From NCBI GenBank assembly GCA_045105515.1, contig JBGCDR010000176.1, positions 1 to 51,324 of the forward strand: DNA of 51,324 bases, written 5' to 3'. The first letter of the stretch is position 1, and each line of letters starts with the position of its first letter. This stretch comes from Oligoflexales bacterium. Its GTDB lineage: Bacteria > Bdellovibrionota_B > Oligoflexia > Oligoflexales > Bog-1112. A program made the position numbers and the translations under genes. A model generated the notes under the pieces. It was not told the origin of the DNA. It saw only the letters and a list, made by a program, of their open reading frames with translations, and did no database searches. Below are positions 18,701 to 28,363 of the stretch, one piece after another.

Positions 18701-20101
18701 ATGACAGAACAAGGCATCAATATTGTTGGAGTTCAATTTAGAAGATCTGGAAAAATATATGATTTTTCTTCTGACGGTCTAGCAGTCATAGTTGGTGACC
18801 ACGTGATTGTGGACTCTGATCGCGGTCCTAGCCTTGCAGAAGTAGTATCGGTTCGCTTCCACCATCCAAATGAGCATTTTGAAAAAAAGCTTAAGGCAAT
18901 AGTTCGGGTTGCAAGTAAAAAGGAAGTCAACCGACCAGCTAGGCTTACTCCAGAAGATGTGGTGAATTTTACTAAAGAGCAGGTGGATAAACACAGCCTT
19001 AAAATGCGAATTCTCAGGAGCGAAGTACAGTTTGGTGGCAACAAAGTCATTGTTTACTTCACCGCACCAGGTCGGGTTGATTTTCGTGAGCTTGTAAAAG
19101 ATCTCGCTAGCGGTCTGAAAACTCGCATAGAGTTAAAGCAGATAGGTGCACGGGATGAAACAAAACTCCTCGGAGGTATTGGCATCTGCGGAAGGGAATA
19201 CTGCTGCTCCAGTTTCTTACGTGAATTCGTTCCAGTTTCAATCAGAATGGCTAAGAACCAAAATTTAGCTTTGAACCCAAGCAAGGTATCCGGAGGATGC
19301 GGCCGCCTGCTTTGTTGTCTTACGTACGAAAACGACACATACTCTAGCTTACGTCAGAACCTTCCCCCTATTGGAGCGAGGGTAAAAGTTCCAGAACTTG
19401 ACCTCGTAGGGAAAGTAATTCGGGCCGACCTATTGAATCAGCTTGTCGCCCTAGGCACTGATGATGGTGGTCAAGTGGAAGTCAAAGTCGACAAAGTCGA
19501 AGTAATTGATAGGTACACTAATATTGGGCCTGAAGCTGGTAAGTCAGCAACTGAGGACGAGCTCGACCCTCATGCTGAACAATGGGCAGATGGCTTAGAT
19601 CTGGAAGTCTTAACGGATGAAGTATCTAAGCTAGACGAACAAAGTACAGAACCTCAAAATAAAACCCGAAATCAATCAAGAGATCGTAATTCTAGAGGTG
19701 AGCAAGGGCGCAGACACCCCAAAAGTCGCCACCAAGAAGGTGAGAAACGTCCACAGCATAAAAGTCGGGACCAACGAAGCTCTAACAAGCCCCATCGAGA
19801 CAAACCAGGAGGCGGAGGAAACCCCAAAGGTCGCTTCAAACGTGGTGAAAATCAAAACCAGCAAGTTCAGGGAGAGCAGAGAAAAGATCGAGAAGATGGA
19901 AATAGACCGTATTTTAAAAAGCCTCGCAATGAAGGTAGCCAACATAACAACAACCGACATGAAAAGAACCAGCCTGGTGAGGAACAACAAGGGAAGCCTA
20001 GACCACCTCATGCAAAAGGCGGCTTTAAGAAGAAGCATCCGCGTAACAGACCTAAAAAGCCCAATGTGCAGGGGCCTACGAATAAAAAATCTGAAGACTG
20101 A
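18701..20101 (+). CDS. ricT: PSP1/RicT (YaaT) family protein with a long disordered C-terminal tail
   Basis: RVDFRELVKDLA, RIELKQIGARDE, GICGREYCC and SGGCGRLLCCL motifs; tmk-holB-ricT synteny. Confidence 0.88.
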   Translation: MTEQGINIVGVQFRRSGKIYDFSSDGLAVIVGDHVIVDSDRGPSLAEVVSVRFHHPNEHFEKKLKAIVRVASKKEVNRPARLTPEDVVNFTKEQVDKHSLKMRILRSEVQFGGNKVIVYFTAPGRVDFRELVKDLASGLKTRIELKQIGARDETKLLGGIGICGREYCCSSFLREFVPVSIRMAKNQNLALNPSKVSGGCGRLLCCLTYENDTYSSLRQNLPPIGARVKVPELDLVGKVIRADLLNQLVALGTDDGGQVEVKVDKVEVIDRYTNIGPEAGKSATEDELDPHAEQWADGLDLEVLTDEVSKLDEQSTEPQNKTRNQSRDRNSRGEQGRRHPKSRHQEGEKRPQHKSRDQRSSNKPHRDKPGGGGNPKGRFKRGENQNQQVQGEQRKDREDGNRPYFKKPRNEGSQHNNNRHEKNQPGEEQQGKPRPPHAKGGFKKKHPRNRPKKPNVQGPTNKKSED

Positions 20102-20225
20102 TATTACCCATAATCTTGGGTCATCCCGCGCAAGGTCGAGGGATCTCAAGTGCAAATAAGGAGTCCTCAACATTCCAGTCGAGGTGGCAAAGGTATTCAT
20201 ATCTCTAAAATAGTATAGCAACTTG

Positions 20226-21335
20226 CTATAATGACTGATTAACCACACTTTTTCGTCTAGGAGCATCACTTAGGTTCTGTTGATGTTTTGCTGCCAACTG
20301 TCCGCAAGCTGCAGAAACACCCAAACCTTTTGAATACCGCACTGGTGCGGGATATCCACGCTTTGAAAGGTATTTTTGGAATAAGAGAATGTCTGACTCC
20401 TCCGGCCTATCATAATCCATTCCCGGATGAGAATTAAAAGGGATAAGGTTCACCTTGGCTCTCAAGCCGTGTAAAAACCTCACCAACTCCTTTGCTTCAC
20501 GGATACCGCAATTCTTATTTTTAATGAGTATGTATTCGATGGTAATTTTTTCACCAGTTTTCTCCTGGTAAGAAACTAACTGTTCTTTGAGGACTGCTAG
20601 CGGATAGCGGCGGTTAATTGGCATCAGCTCACTTCGCAAGTCATCTCTAGCTGCATGCAGTGAAACTGCGAGGCTTGCCCTAGCTTGTTCTGCCAACAAT
20701 CCAATCTTTGGGGTGATCCCTGACGTAGAAACCGTCACTCTTCTTGCAGACAAACCATAGCAGTCTGCACGAGTGAACAGATTTACTGCTTTAACAACAT
20801 GCTCAAAATTATCGAGGGGCTCTCCCATACCCATAAAAACTATGTGGCTGATTTTACGCGACTCAGGCTCAAGAATTTTATTTGCAAGCAAGAATTGTCC
20901 AACGATTTCCTCTGCACTTAAATTGCGGAAAAAACCAAGCTTGCCTGTCTGGCAGAAGCTACAGGCCAACTTACAGCCGACTTGGCTCGAAACACACAAA
21001 CTTGTTCTACCTTCATAGCGAAGGATAACAGCCTCGAAAATCTGTTGTCTCGAACCCCTTAGCAACAATTTGGTAGCACCGTCACTTCCATCCAATTTAC
21101 TCATCAGCTCAGGCATAGACCAATCAAAAGTTGATGCTAACGAGTCTCTTAAAGACTTTGGAAGGTTACTCATATTTGCAAGCTCATGCTCTCTATGAGT
21201 AAAAATCCACTCTAAGAGTTGTTTGACCCTAAATTTGGGAAGCTTCCCGGAGCCATTTACAAGATGGCTTATTTCGTCCGGATACAAGGAAAATATGGAC
21301 TTAGGGGATTCATTTAATTGAGTCATACTGTTCAC
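20226..21335 (-). CDS. rlmN: 23S rRNA A2503/tRNA A37 C2-methyltransferase (radical SAM)
   Basis: CVSSQVGCKLACSFC, MGMGEP, VSLHA, NLIPFN and AACGQL motifs. Confidence 0.95.
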   Translation of the reverse strand: MNSMTQLNESPKSIFSLYPDEISHLVNGSGKLPKFRVKQLLEWIFTHREHELANMSNLPKSLRDSLASTFDWSMPELMSKLDGSDGATKLLLRGSRQQIFEAVILRYEGRTSLCVSSQVGCKLACSFCQTGKLGFFRNLSAEEIVGQFLLANKILEPESRKISHIVFMGMGEPLDNFEHVVKAVNLFTRADCYGLSARRVTVSTSGITPKIGLLAEQARASLAVSLHAARDDLRSELMPINRRYPLAVLKEQLVSYQEKTGEKITIEYILIKNKNCGIREAKELVRFLHGLRAKVNLIPFNSHPGMDYDRPEESDILLFQKYLSKRGYPAPVRYSKGLGVSAACGQLAAKHQQNLSDAPRRKSVVNQSL

Positions 21336-21592
21336 AGCTAATCCTAACTAATTTAGGAGCATAAGCTTAATATAAGCTTTGCATTATACGCATCAGTGTC
21401 TATTGATACGGCGGTAGAATAGTGAGAAATGCTCACAAAGTCAAAGAAATAGTGAAAACCAATCGTAACTCTCATTACGAAGCTTCTTACTCCAACACTT
21501 GCACCACTCTTTTAAAGGGTAGGTTAAGCTGATGAATTAATATAAAGGGTAAGTAAAGCAGATATATAAATAACCCCTTAATATTTAGTTAA

Positions 21593-22357
21593 TTATAGGT
21601 TTTTGGCTAACTCAACTAGCGATACCATACTGGGATCTGAGGCCTCAAATACTTTCTGAAAAGATCTTTGACAAGCCTTTAAAGTCGTTGGTCCAATTGC
21701 AACTGCCTTACATTTTTGGAGAAAAGTATTCAAACCTGCTTGCTCTAAAGTACTTGTAAAGCCTGCAACTGCAGACGGACTCGCGAAGCAGACTGCAGGA
21801 TCAGGCATACCAGAGACCGCTCCCTCAAGGGACTTCTTGCTCATCTGCCCACCATCAGTATTAAAAATACCGATCTTAACCTCATAGGTATTGCAGCATA
21901 CAACTTGAAACCCACAAGCCAGTAAATGTGTATCGAGTTGATAGGCCCTTTTTTTAGCACCAGGCAGGAAAAATGTAATTTTCTGCCCTTGGTAAAACTT
22001 GCAAAGGAATGATGCCAAATCAGCACCTTTCCTCACTCCTTGAGGCAAATATGCATAGCATCTTGAATTCTTTGAGGCATTAAAACAATCTCTTGTTCTC
22101 TCACCAACCGCATACCATTTTTTACATTTATTTAAAAGTTCCGGTGCATTATTGAGACTCATCACTGTATGAGCACTGCTTAGAACACCAATCAGTGAAC
22201 CTGACTCGGGGAGTCCGGATTCGGGTAACTGGCTTATGATTTCTTTATGACCAAAATCGTGGTAAGCAAGGCAAGGAAGCCTTAGATGCTTTGTACCCTT
22301 AAGCAAGCTCTTATCTTCCGCCCACAAGCCTGCGGGACGAGTCCAAATTATACCCAT
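21593..22357 (-). CDS. hemD: Uroporphyrinogen-III synthase
   Basis: Starts MGIIWTRP directly after the hemC stop; AVGERT, YEV, FASPSAV and AIGPTT motifs. Confidence 0.85.
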   Translation of the reverse strand: MGIIWTRPAGLWAEDKSLLKGTKHLRLPCLAYHDFGHKEIISQLPESGLPESGSLIGVLSSAHTVMSLNNAPELLNKCKKWYAVGERTRDCFNASKNSRCYAYLPQGVRKGADLASFLCKFYQGQKITFFLPGAKKRAYQLDTHLLACGFQVVCCNTYEVKIGIFNTDGGQMSKKSLEGAVSGMPDPAVCFASPSAVAGFTSTLEQAGLNTFLQKCKAVAIGPTTLKACQRSFQKVFEASDPSMVSLVELAKNL

Positions 22358-22358
22358 G

Positions 22359-23366
22359 TTAAATACCAACTGCAGGCAGCTTAAGACTTTGAAGAATGGG
22401 ATTAACGCCTGCGTCCACGAGTGCAGCAATGACCTCAGCAACCAACTCTGTGCTCTTGCTAAGCATATCATCACTTTTTTGCCAGGAAAGTCTAACCCTG
22501 GCTTCCTCTCCTGAATTATTGAGTACACTAGCTCGTACCAATAGCTGGTCACCTTCAAAAAAACTATGGACCCCTATGGGTAGGGTACAATCTCCGCCTA
22601 AGGCCAAGAGAATTTGGCGCTCGATACTAACTCTAGTCCTAGTCTGCTGACAATCGAGAAACTCTAAACTACGTTGATATGGAAACTCAGACAAACATTC
22701 AACAACCAAGGCTCCTTGTGAAGGACTTGGGATAAACCAGTTTGAATCAAGCTGCAACTGCCTCATGTCCTGAGCAATCTTCAGCCTTTCAAACGAGGCA
22801 CTTGCCAAAATCAAACTATCCCATTCTCCCTTCTTTAGTTTAGCTAATCGAGTATCTACATTCCCTCGAATGGGAACAACTTTGGCATTTTTATTTGCAC
22901 CCTTTAAAAAACAGCTCCGTCTTAAGCTTCCTGTACCTACAGAAATCGTCCCTAGGGAAGCAAAGAGTTTTGCTGTCAAGGAAGTTTCATCAGTTTTTAT
23001 CTGCGACTCTATCCTCGGATGCAAAACCATAGTATCCCCACTTTGATGCCTAGGAAGAATTGCAGCGAAGATAAAAGGTTCAGGCAGTTGAGCTGGCAAA
23101 TCCTTGAGGCTATGAACTGCTAAATCAGCCTCCTTATTTAACAACGCTTGCTCAATTTCTCGCACAAAAACACCTTTGCCTCCAATCTCGTGAAGGAATC
23201 TATCTTGCACCCGGTCACCTGTGGTTTTAACCACAAAAACCTCAGAATCAATGCCTTGCTTAGCTAAGAGGCCTTTTACATAGTCAGCTTGCCACAAAGC
23301 AAGCTTGCTGCCTCTGCTTGCGATCTTGAGCGTACGGCCTAAATTCTGATGATCTTGTTCTTGCAT
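22359..23366 (-). CDS. hemC: Porphobilinogen deaminase (hydroxymethylbilane synthase)
   Basis: SRGSKLALWQA, TTGD, GKGVFVRE, AVHSLKDLP, GTGSLRR, RGNVDTR and GGDCTLPIG motifs. Confidence 0.96.
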   Translation of the reverse strand: MQEQDHQNLGRTLKIASRGSKLALWQADYVKGLLAKQGIDSEVFVVKTTGDRVQDRFLHEIGGKGVFVREIEQALLNKEADLAVHSLKDLPAQLPEPFIFAAILPRHQSGDTMVLHPRIESQIKTDETSLTAKLFASLGTISVGTGSLRRSCFLKGANKNAKVVPIRGNVDTRLAKLKKGEWDSLILASASFERLKIAQDMRQLQLDSNWFIPSPSQGALVVECLSEFPYQRSLEFLDCQQTRTRVSIERQILLALGGDCTLPIGVHSFFEGDQLLVRASVLNNSGEEARVRLSWQKSDDMLSKSTELVAEVIAALVDAGVNPILQSLKLPAVGI

Positions 23367-24730
23367 TCGTCTTCATCTTTCTTATCAACTTGGTTCACTT
23401 TTTTTGTCTTATCACCTTCTTCCGGAATTTGTCTTGGAAATAACATTCGCAAGGAACTGGCAAGCTGCTCCCTAAAAACGGTATCATCTGGATTATTGAT
23501 TGATCTAGCAGCATCACCTACAATTTTTCCTGCAAGAGATGCAAGCATATTTTGAATTGCTTGATTCTGCTGCTCTGAGAGGTCCTTAAACAGTGAGCGC
23601 CCTAGAGTTTTCTCAAGCTCCCTTGTCATAAGATCGTCAAGATAATCACGAAAGTTGGCAAATATAGGTTTGATTGCTACGGTACTAAGCCATTGATCGA
23701 AAACTTTTGCTCTTCTCCTCACGATGGTACGGCCAATGTCAGCGGCCTTCCTTCGCTCTTCGAGGTTATTGTCTACCACTTTCTGCAAATCATCTATTTC
23801 AAATAGATACACATCATCGAGGTTTCCACAACGAGCGTCAATATCCCTTGGAATTGCTATATCTACAAGGAACAAGGTTTTGCCTCGCCGTTTTTTAATA
23901 ATCTTTTTAAGCATAGAGTATTCAATGATGGGATGATAGGCAGCTGTAGAGCTTATAACAATATCAACTTGTTCCAAAAGCTTGCTAAGCTCTTCCCAGC
24001 GATGAGCTTGTCCCATGCCTAGAGTATCGACCAACTCACTACCCTTGCTAAAGGTTCGATTCACTACATGCAGGCTCTTTGGACTATATTGGCAAGCATA
24101 CTGTGCTGCAACCTGAGCCATTTCTCCAGCTCCGATAATTAAAAAACTATGCTCACTCAAATCACGAAAGACTTTTTTTGCTAAGTCAATTGCAGCATGT
24201 GAAATAGAAACCTTCTTTTCGCCTATTTTTGTGCGTGACCGCACCTGTTTTGCAGTACTCAAGACCTCTTGGGCCATTCGATCCAGATATGATCCTAGAG
24301 TCTTGGCTGTTCCAGCAAGGGAAAGAGCTTCTTTAAATTGGCCAGTAATTTGCGTTTCTCCAACCACCAAAGAGTCTAGGCTAGCAGCAACTGCAAAGAC
24401 ATGCTCAATTGCATGCAATCCTTCATAATAATACGTATATTTGCGGTAAACAGACTCGGACTGTTGCTCTTTACCGACCCTCTCTTGAAGATTCATATAA
24501 GCTCGGTAGACATCTTCCTCGCACTTTTTCTCATCAGTACTAAGGGCATAAAGTTCAAAACGATTACAAGTCGACAGCACAATGATTTCCTGGAAACCAT
24601 GGGAAGAAGCTAAATCTGCGAGAGTAGTACGCAGTTCATCTGGTTTAGTGTAAAGAAACTCCCGAAAAGAAACTGGTGCTGACTTGTGATTGGCTCCCAA
24701 GCAAAAGATTTTTGGCTTTTTTAGTAGCAA
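23339..24730 (-). CDS. hemA: Glutamyl-tRNA reductase
   Basis: STCNRFE, SLDSLVVGETQITGQFK, GAGEMA and DIAIPRDID motifs; TTG start after GAGGGG RBS. Confidence 0.95.
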   Translation of the reverse strand: MLLKKPKIFCLGANHKSAPVSFREFLYTKPDELRTTLADLASSHGFQEIIVLSTCNRFELYALSTDEKKCEEDVYRAYMNLQERVGKEQQSESVYRKYTYYYEGLHAIEHVFAVAASLDSLVVGETQITGQFKEALSLAGTAKTLGSYLDRMAQEVLSTAKQVRSRTKIGEKKVSISHAAIDLAKKVFRDLSEHSFLIIGAGEMAQVAAQYACQYSPKSLHVVNRTFSKGSELVDTLGMGQAHRWEELSKLLEQVDIVISSTAAYHPIIEYSMLKKIIKKRRGKTLFLVDIAIPRDIDARCGNLDDVYLFEIDDLQKVVDNNLEERRKAADIGRTIVRRRAKVFDQWLSTVAIKPIFANFRDYLDDLMTRELEKTLGRSLFKDLSEQQNQAIQNMLASLAGKIVGDAARSINNPDDTVFREQLASSLRMLFPRQIPEEGDKTKKVNQVDKKDEDECKNKIIRI

Positions 24731-24746
24731 CTTACTGATCCCCTCA

Positions 24747-25547
24747 CTAAAAAAAGGACATACCAAAAAAGGTTATCGCCAAGAGCAAAAACCCAAATAA
24801 GCCCATCTGTGCAACCCTCTTTACCGGTACTCTTAAAACATTTCTTGCAAGCAATGCTGAGAGGTACCATATCCAGACAGTAACAGCCCAAACTACCTTT
24901 TCGTTGTAGGCTCCTTTGGGAGCTCCATGCCATTGTACATAAAAAGCTCCACTGAGGAGCGCAGCTGTTAGAAATAGGAAGCCAGCCCAAAGACATGTGA
25001 TTAGTACTTTTTCAAGTAAATCTAAAGCAGGGACTCTAGCTGTGAGCTGGTTAAGCAGTTTTCGCTTTAGAACCCTTTGCTGCCAAAGAAATAAGACAGA
25101 TACTATGGCAGCACAAACAGCAACGACCTGGCCCATCAAAGCACCGGCAATATGAAACGACAAAAATACACTAGATAGTTCGGGGAACTCCTCACCTGTT
25201 CGGAAAGGACTTTGGAAAAAGTGAGCCAGCATGAGTAAGGTAGCAACTGGAGCTACAAATGCATTGATACTTGTCATCCTTAGAAAAAAATGGGCTCCAA
25301 GTGCTAAGGTAGAGACTCCAAGAGCTAGGATCATAGTGCGCGATTCAAAAAGATCAAAACGTCCATCAATAGATAGCCAAACTATAGATAAAAAAACGGA
25401 AAAAGTCCCGGTTGCAAACAGTAATAGTGAAAGCTTAGAGCCCGCTCCGATACCCTTAGATTCTACTTTCAAGGCTTGCAGACTCAATATGGATGCTACC
25501 GCAAAATTTAATAAGCCCAGGTGACCGGTAATAACATCGAAGTTCAA
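24747..25547 (-). CDS. ccsA: Cytochrome c assembly protein CcsA/HemX-like membrane protein
   Basis: About 8 TM segments, FHI...G, LQ/QQR.LK.K, PALDLLE and a WWD-like EKVVW..TVW.WY segment; immediately upstream of hemA. TTG 25547 after GGAG is preferred to the 25760 start. Confidence 0.8.
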   Translation of the reverse strand: MNFDVITGHLGLLNFAVASILSLQALKVESKGIGAGSKLSLLLFATGTFSVFLSIVWLSIDGRFDLFESRTMILALGVSTLALGAHFFLRMTSINAFVAPVATLLMLAHFFQSPFRTGEEFPELSSVFLSFHIAGALMGQVVAVCAAIVSVLFLWQQRVLKRKLLNQLTARVPALDLLEKVLITCLWAGFLFLTAALLSGAFYVQWHGAPKGAYNEKVVWAVTVWIWYLSALLARNVLRVPVKRVAQMGLFGFLLLAITFFGMSFF

Positions 25548-25717
25548 ACCTGAACCTTTCTCCTCCGTTAGAGGTGTTATATGTTTAGACTCTGGTGATG
25601 ATTTGCATCTCTGGCCTTTCCTCACCAGTCGAGTTATAACACGTTTTATACCTACGGTATGATAGCAGGTAGCTACTGCCACATCTGTTATCGGTTTGAA
25701 ACCTCTATTATATAAAG

Positions 25718-27079
25718 GTGCCTGTCTTGAAAGACCAGAACTCATGGAGCTTAAATTCATGGCGTAGCAAACATGCGGCTCAGCAACCCGAATATAAAGC
25801 TAAAGAGCAGTTAAAAACTTGCCTTCAACAAGTCAGTGACTACCCGCCACTCGTCTTTGAAGGAGAAGTGGACTCACTCAAAAAAGAGCTGGCTGATGCT
25901 TCTGTAGGAAAAAAATTTCTCCTACAGGGGGGAGATTGTGCAGAACGTTTTCAAGATTGCAACCGCAGCACAATTATGAATAAAATCAATATATTACTAC
26001 AGATGTCAGTGGTGCTTTGCTATGGTTCTCGGCGCCCGGTGATTAGAGTTGGACGGATAGCTGGTCAATATGGAAAACCGCGATCGAATAAAACTGAAGA
26101 GGTGGATGGCGTCCAACTCCCTGTTTATAGAGGTGACAATGTAAATTCTTTTGAACCTGAACCAAATCTCAGAGAACCAGATCCTACGCGACTTTTACAG
26201 GGCTACCACTTTTCTGCACTTACCTTAAATTACATCCGAGCCCTGTCTTCCGGTGGATTTGCCGACTTACATCATCCAGACAACTGGAATTTGGATTTCG
26301 TGGCTAAGTCTCCACACTGGCCACGCTACGAAGAAATTGTCTTGAATATTAAGAATGCTATCACCTTTATGGAAACCATTGGCTATAAAGACACCTTCCT
26401 GTCGGGTGTTGATTTTTATACCTCTCATGAAGGTTTAATCCTCCCCTACGAAGAAGCTCAGACTAAAAAGAGCCAGATTAACGATAAATATTACAACCTA
26501 GGTGCTCATATGCTCTGGATTGGTGATAGAACACGGCAATTAGACGGGGCTCATATTGAATACTTTAGAGGAATTGCAAACCCGATAGGAATCAAAGTAG
26601 GACCAAGCGCTGACCCAGCAGAATTAGTTAAAGCTATCGAAATCCTCAACCCAGAACACGAGATGGGACGTATCACCTTAATTACTAGATTTGGCGCCGG
26701 CAAAGCTAATAATTACCTTCCTAACATTATCAAAGCGGTGACCGAAGCAGACCTCCCGGTTTGTTGGAGCTGTGATCCCATGCATGGAAATGCAATTAAG
26801 ACCAAAAACAATATAAAAACACGCGACTTCAACGCGATACTCAATGAACTGAAAGAAACATTTTCAGTGCATCTTGACATTGGCTCTCACCTAGGAGGGG
26901 TTCACTTTGAGCTAACAGGGGACAATGTTACAGAATGTACTGGAGGCTCTGAAGGAATTACGGACACTGATCTTTCGAGAAGCTATCAAACATACTGCGA
27001 TCCAAGACTTAACTACAGTCAAAGCCTCGAGATGGCTTTTCTCATATCATCCATGCTTGAAGAAAAAACGAAAGTTTAG
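25718..27079 (+). CDS. Class II DAHP synthase (AroA-II)
   Basis: LQGGDCAERF, GRIAGQYGKPRS, YRGDNVN, TSHEGL, WIGDRTRQLDGAH, CDPMHGN and CDPRLN motifs. Confidence 0.95.
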   Translation: MPVLKDQNSWSLNSWRSKHAAQQPEYKAKEQLKTCLQQVSDYPPLVFEGEVDSLKKELADASVGKKFLLQGGDCAERFQDCNRSTIMNKINILLQMSVVLCYGSRRPVIRVGRIAGQYGKPRSNKTEEVDGVQLPVYRGDNVNSFEPEPNLREPDPTRLLQGYHFSALTLNYIRALSSGGFADLHHPDNWNLDFVAKSPHWPRYEEIVLNIKNAITFMETIGYKDTFLSGVDFYTSHEGLILPYEEAQTKKSQINDKYYNLGAHMLWIGDRTRQLDGAHIEYFRGIANPIGIKVGPSADPAELVKAIEILNPEHEMGRITLITRFGAGKANNYLPNIIKAVTEADLPVCWSCDPMHGNAIKTKNNIKTRDFNAILNELKETFSVHLDIGSHLGGVHFELTGDNVTECTGGSEGITDTDLSRSYQTYCDPRLNYSQSLEMAFLISSMLEEKTKV

Positions 27080-28260
27080 TTGCTAGGTTTCATAGCATCG
27101 GTTTCTCTCCAAATTTCTCCTCTTAAATCCTCGATAATTAAGTCATGACCGTCTTGTCCAAGTACATGGTTATGCCCGATCGGGACCTTTCCCGATGGGG
27201 TGTCCAGGATATAGTTGGGAATCCCGTAACCGCTAATATTTCCTCTTAGACTTTTCATGATCTCAATCCCCCTTGAAATTGGAACTCGCAAGTGAGCTGT
27301 ACCAGCTACCATATGGGCATGGAAAACATAGTAAGGGCGAACCCTATTACGGATCAATGAACGACAGAGATCTTGCATTTTTTGTTCAGTGTCATTTACA
27401 CCTTTAAGCAAGACCGACTGATTTCCGACCGGAATGCCATGATCTACTAGATTACTAATTGCCATACAAGCTTCAGGAGTCAACTCCTCTGCACAGTTAA
27501 AGTGGGTGTTCACCCATACTGGGTGATACTTCTTAAGAATCATTGCAAGCTTGCTAGTTACCCGATAAGGCAAAGTTACTGGAGTACGGGTACCAAAGCG
27601 GATAATTTCCACATGAGGAATCTCACTGATCTTTGCAAGGAGACGATCAATAGCCTGATCCGAAGCGATAAAAGGGTCTCCTCCGGTGATCAAAACGTCT
27701 TTGATCGAAGGGTTTGAGGCAATATAGGATATTCCCCGCTCTACAATACTACGGTTAAAATGCAAACCTTCTTCATCATCTCGACGCTTGCGATAACAAT
27801 AACGACAATAAACTGGACACAGCATTGCCACACAAAAAGCTACACGATCGGGATAGACGTGCACAACTTCTCTTACCGGGGAATGAGCAACTTCTTCCAA
27901 AGGATCATTCAGCCCTTTTAAGTCAGAAATTTCTTCAAGGCGAGGAATTGCCTGTAAGCGAATTCCCTGATGACCTGGAAACTCTGGGATAAGCCCGGCA
28001 TAATAGGGTGTCACTCCAGCATTGAATAAATCTTTTATTGCAGCAAAACTACGGCTTTCTGCAAATTCAAGCTTGCAAAAGCGTTCAAAATCCTTTTTCG
28101 AGCGCAGTTGATGATTCATTTGCCATCGCCAATTTACATAGGTCCTTGGATCCACACCATATTGGACTGCCAAACGATAGCTTAACGAATTCGGATCATT
28201 TGCAAATTTATAAAATTCACTAGGTTCATCCGTCTCTTTTTGCTTCGTTTGTGCTTCCAT
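27076..28260 (-). CDS. KamA family radical SAM aminomutase (lysine 2,3-aminomutase/EpmB-like)
   Basis: DPLEE, HVYPDR, CPVYCRYC, TGGDP, NQSVLLKGVND, PYY and PLP lysine in SGKVP. Confidence 0.9.
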   Translation of the reverse strand: MEAQTKQKETDEPSEFYKFANDPNSLSYRLAVQYGVDPRTYVNWRWQMNHQLRSKKDFERFCKLEFAESRSFAAIKDLFNAGVTPYYAGLIPEFPGHQGIRLQAIPRLEEISDLKGLNDPLEEVAHSPVREVVHVYPDRVAFCVAMLCPVYCRYCYRKRRDDEEGLHFNRSIVERGISYIASNPSIKDVLITGGDPFIASDQAIDRLLAKISEIPHVEIIRFGTRTPVTLPYRVTSKLAMILKKYHPVWVNTHFNCAEELTPEACMAISNLVDHGIPVGNQSVLLKGVNDTEQKMQDLCRSLIRNRVRPYYVFHAHMVAGTAHLRVPISRGIEIMKSLRGNISGYGIPNYILDTPSGKVPIGHNHVLGQDGHDLIIEDLRGEIWRETDAMKPSN

Positions 28261-28363
28261 GGTACCTACACTTCTTTAGCGGGTTGATTTACCTGTACGC
28301 TTTAGTCCGTACAATTTTTAAGCTTCAGCTTGATTGCCCCCACTCACTAAAGGGGCATGATAA

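Noticed and set aside
19676..20269. Overlapping 197-aa (-) and 153-aa (+) ORFs over the ricT tail
   Set aside because: Explained by stop-poor low-complexity codons; no RBS or recognisable motifs.
22358..22558. N-terminal extension of hemD in the ORF track
   Set aside because: It overlaps hemC out of frame; HemD similarity begins at ATG 22357.
25548..25760. N-terminal extension of ccsA
   Set aside because: It runs through the divergent promoter region into the DAHP synthase gene; a better RBS and TTG start lie at 25547.
28336..28357. GCCCC...CTAAAGGGGC hairpin resembling an IS200/IS605 end or REP
   Set aside because: Short stem, single copy, and it overlaps the probable RBS of the Maf gene.
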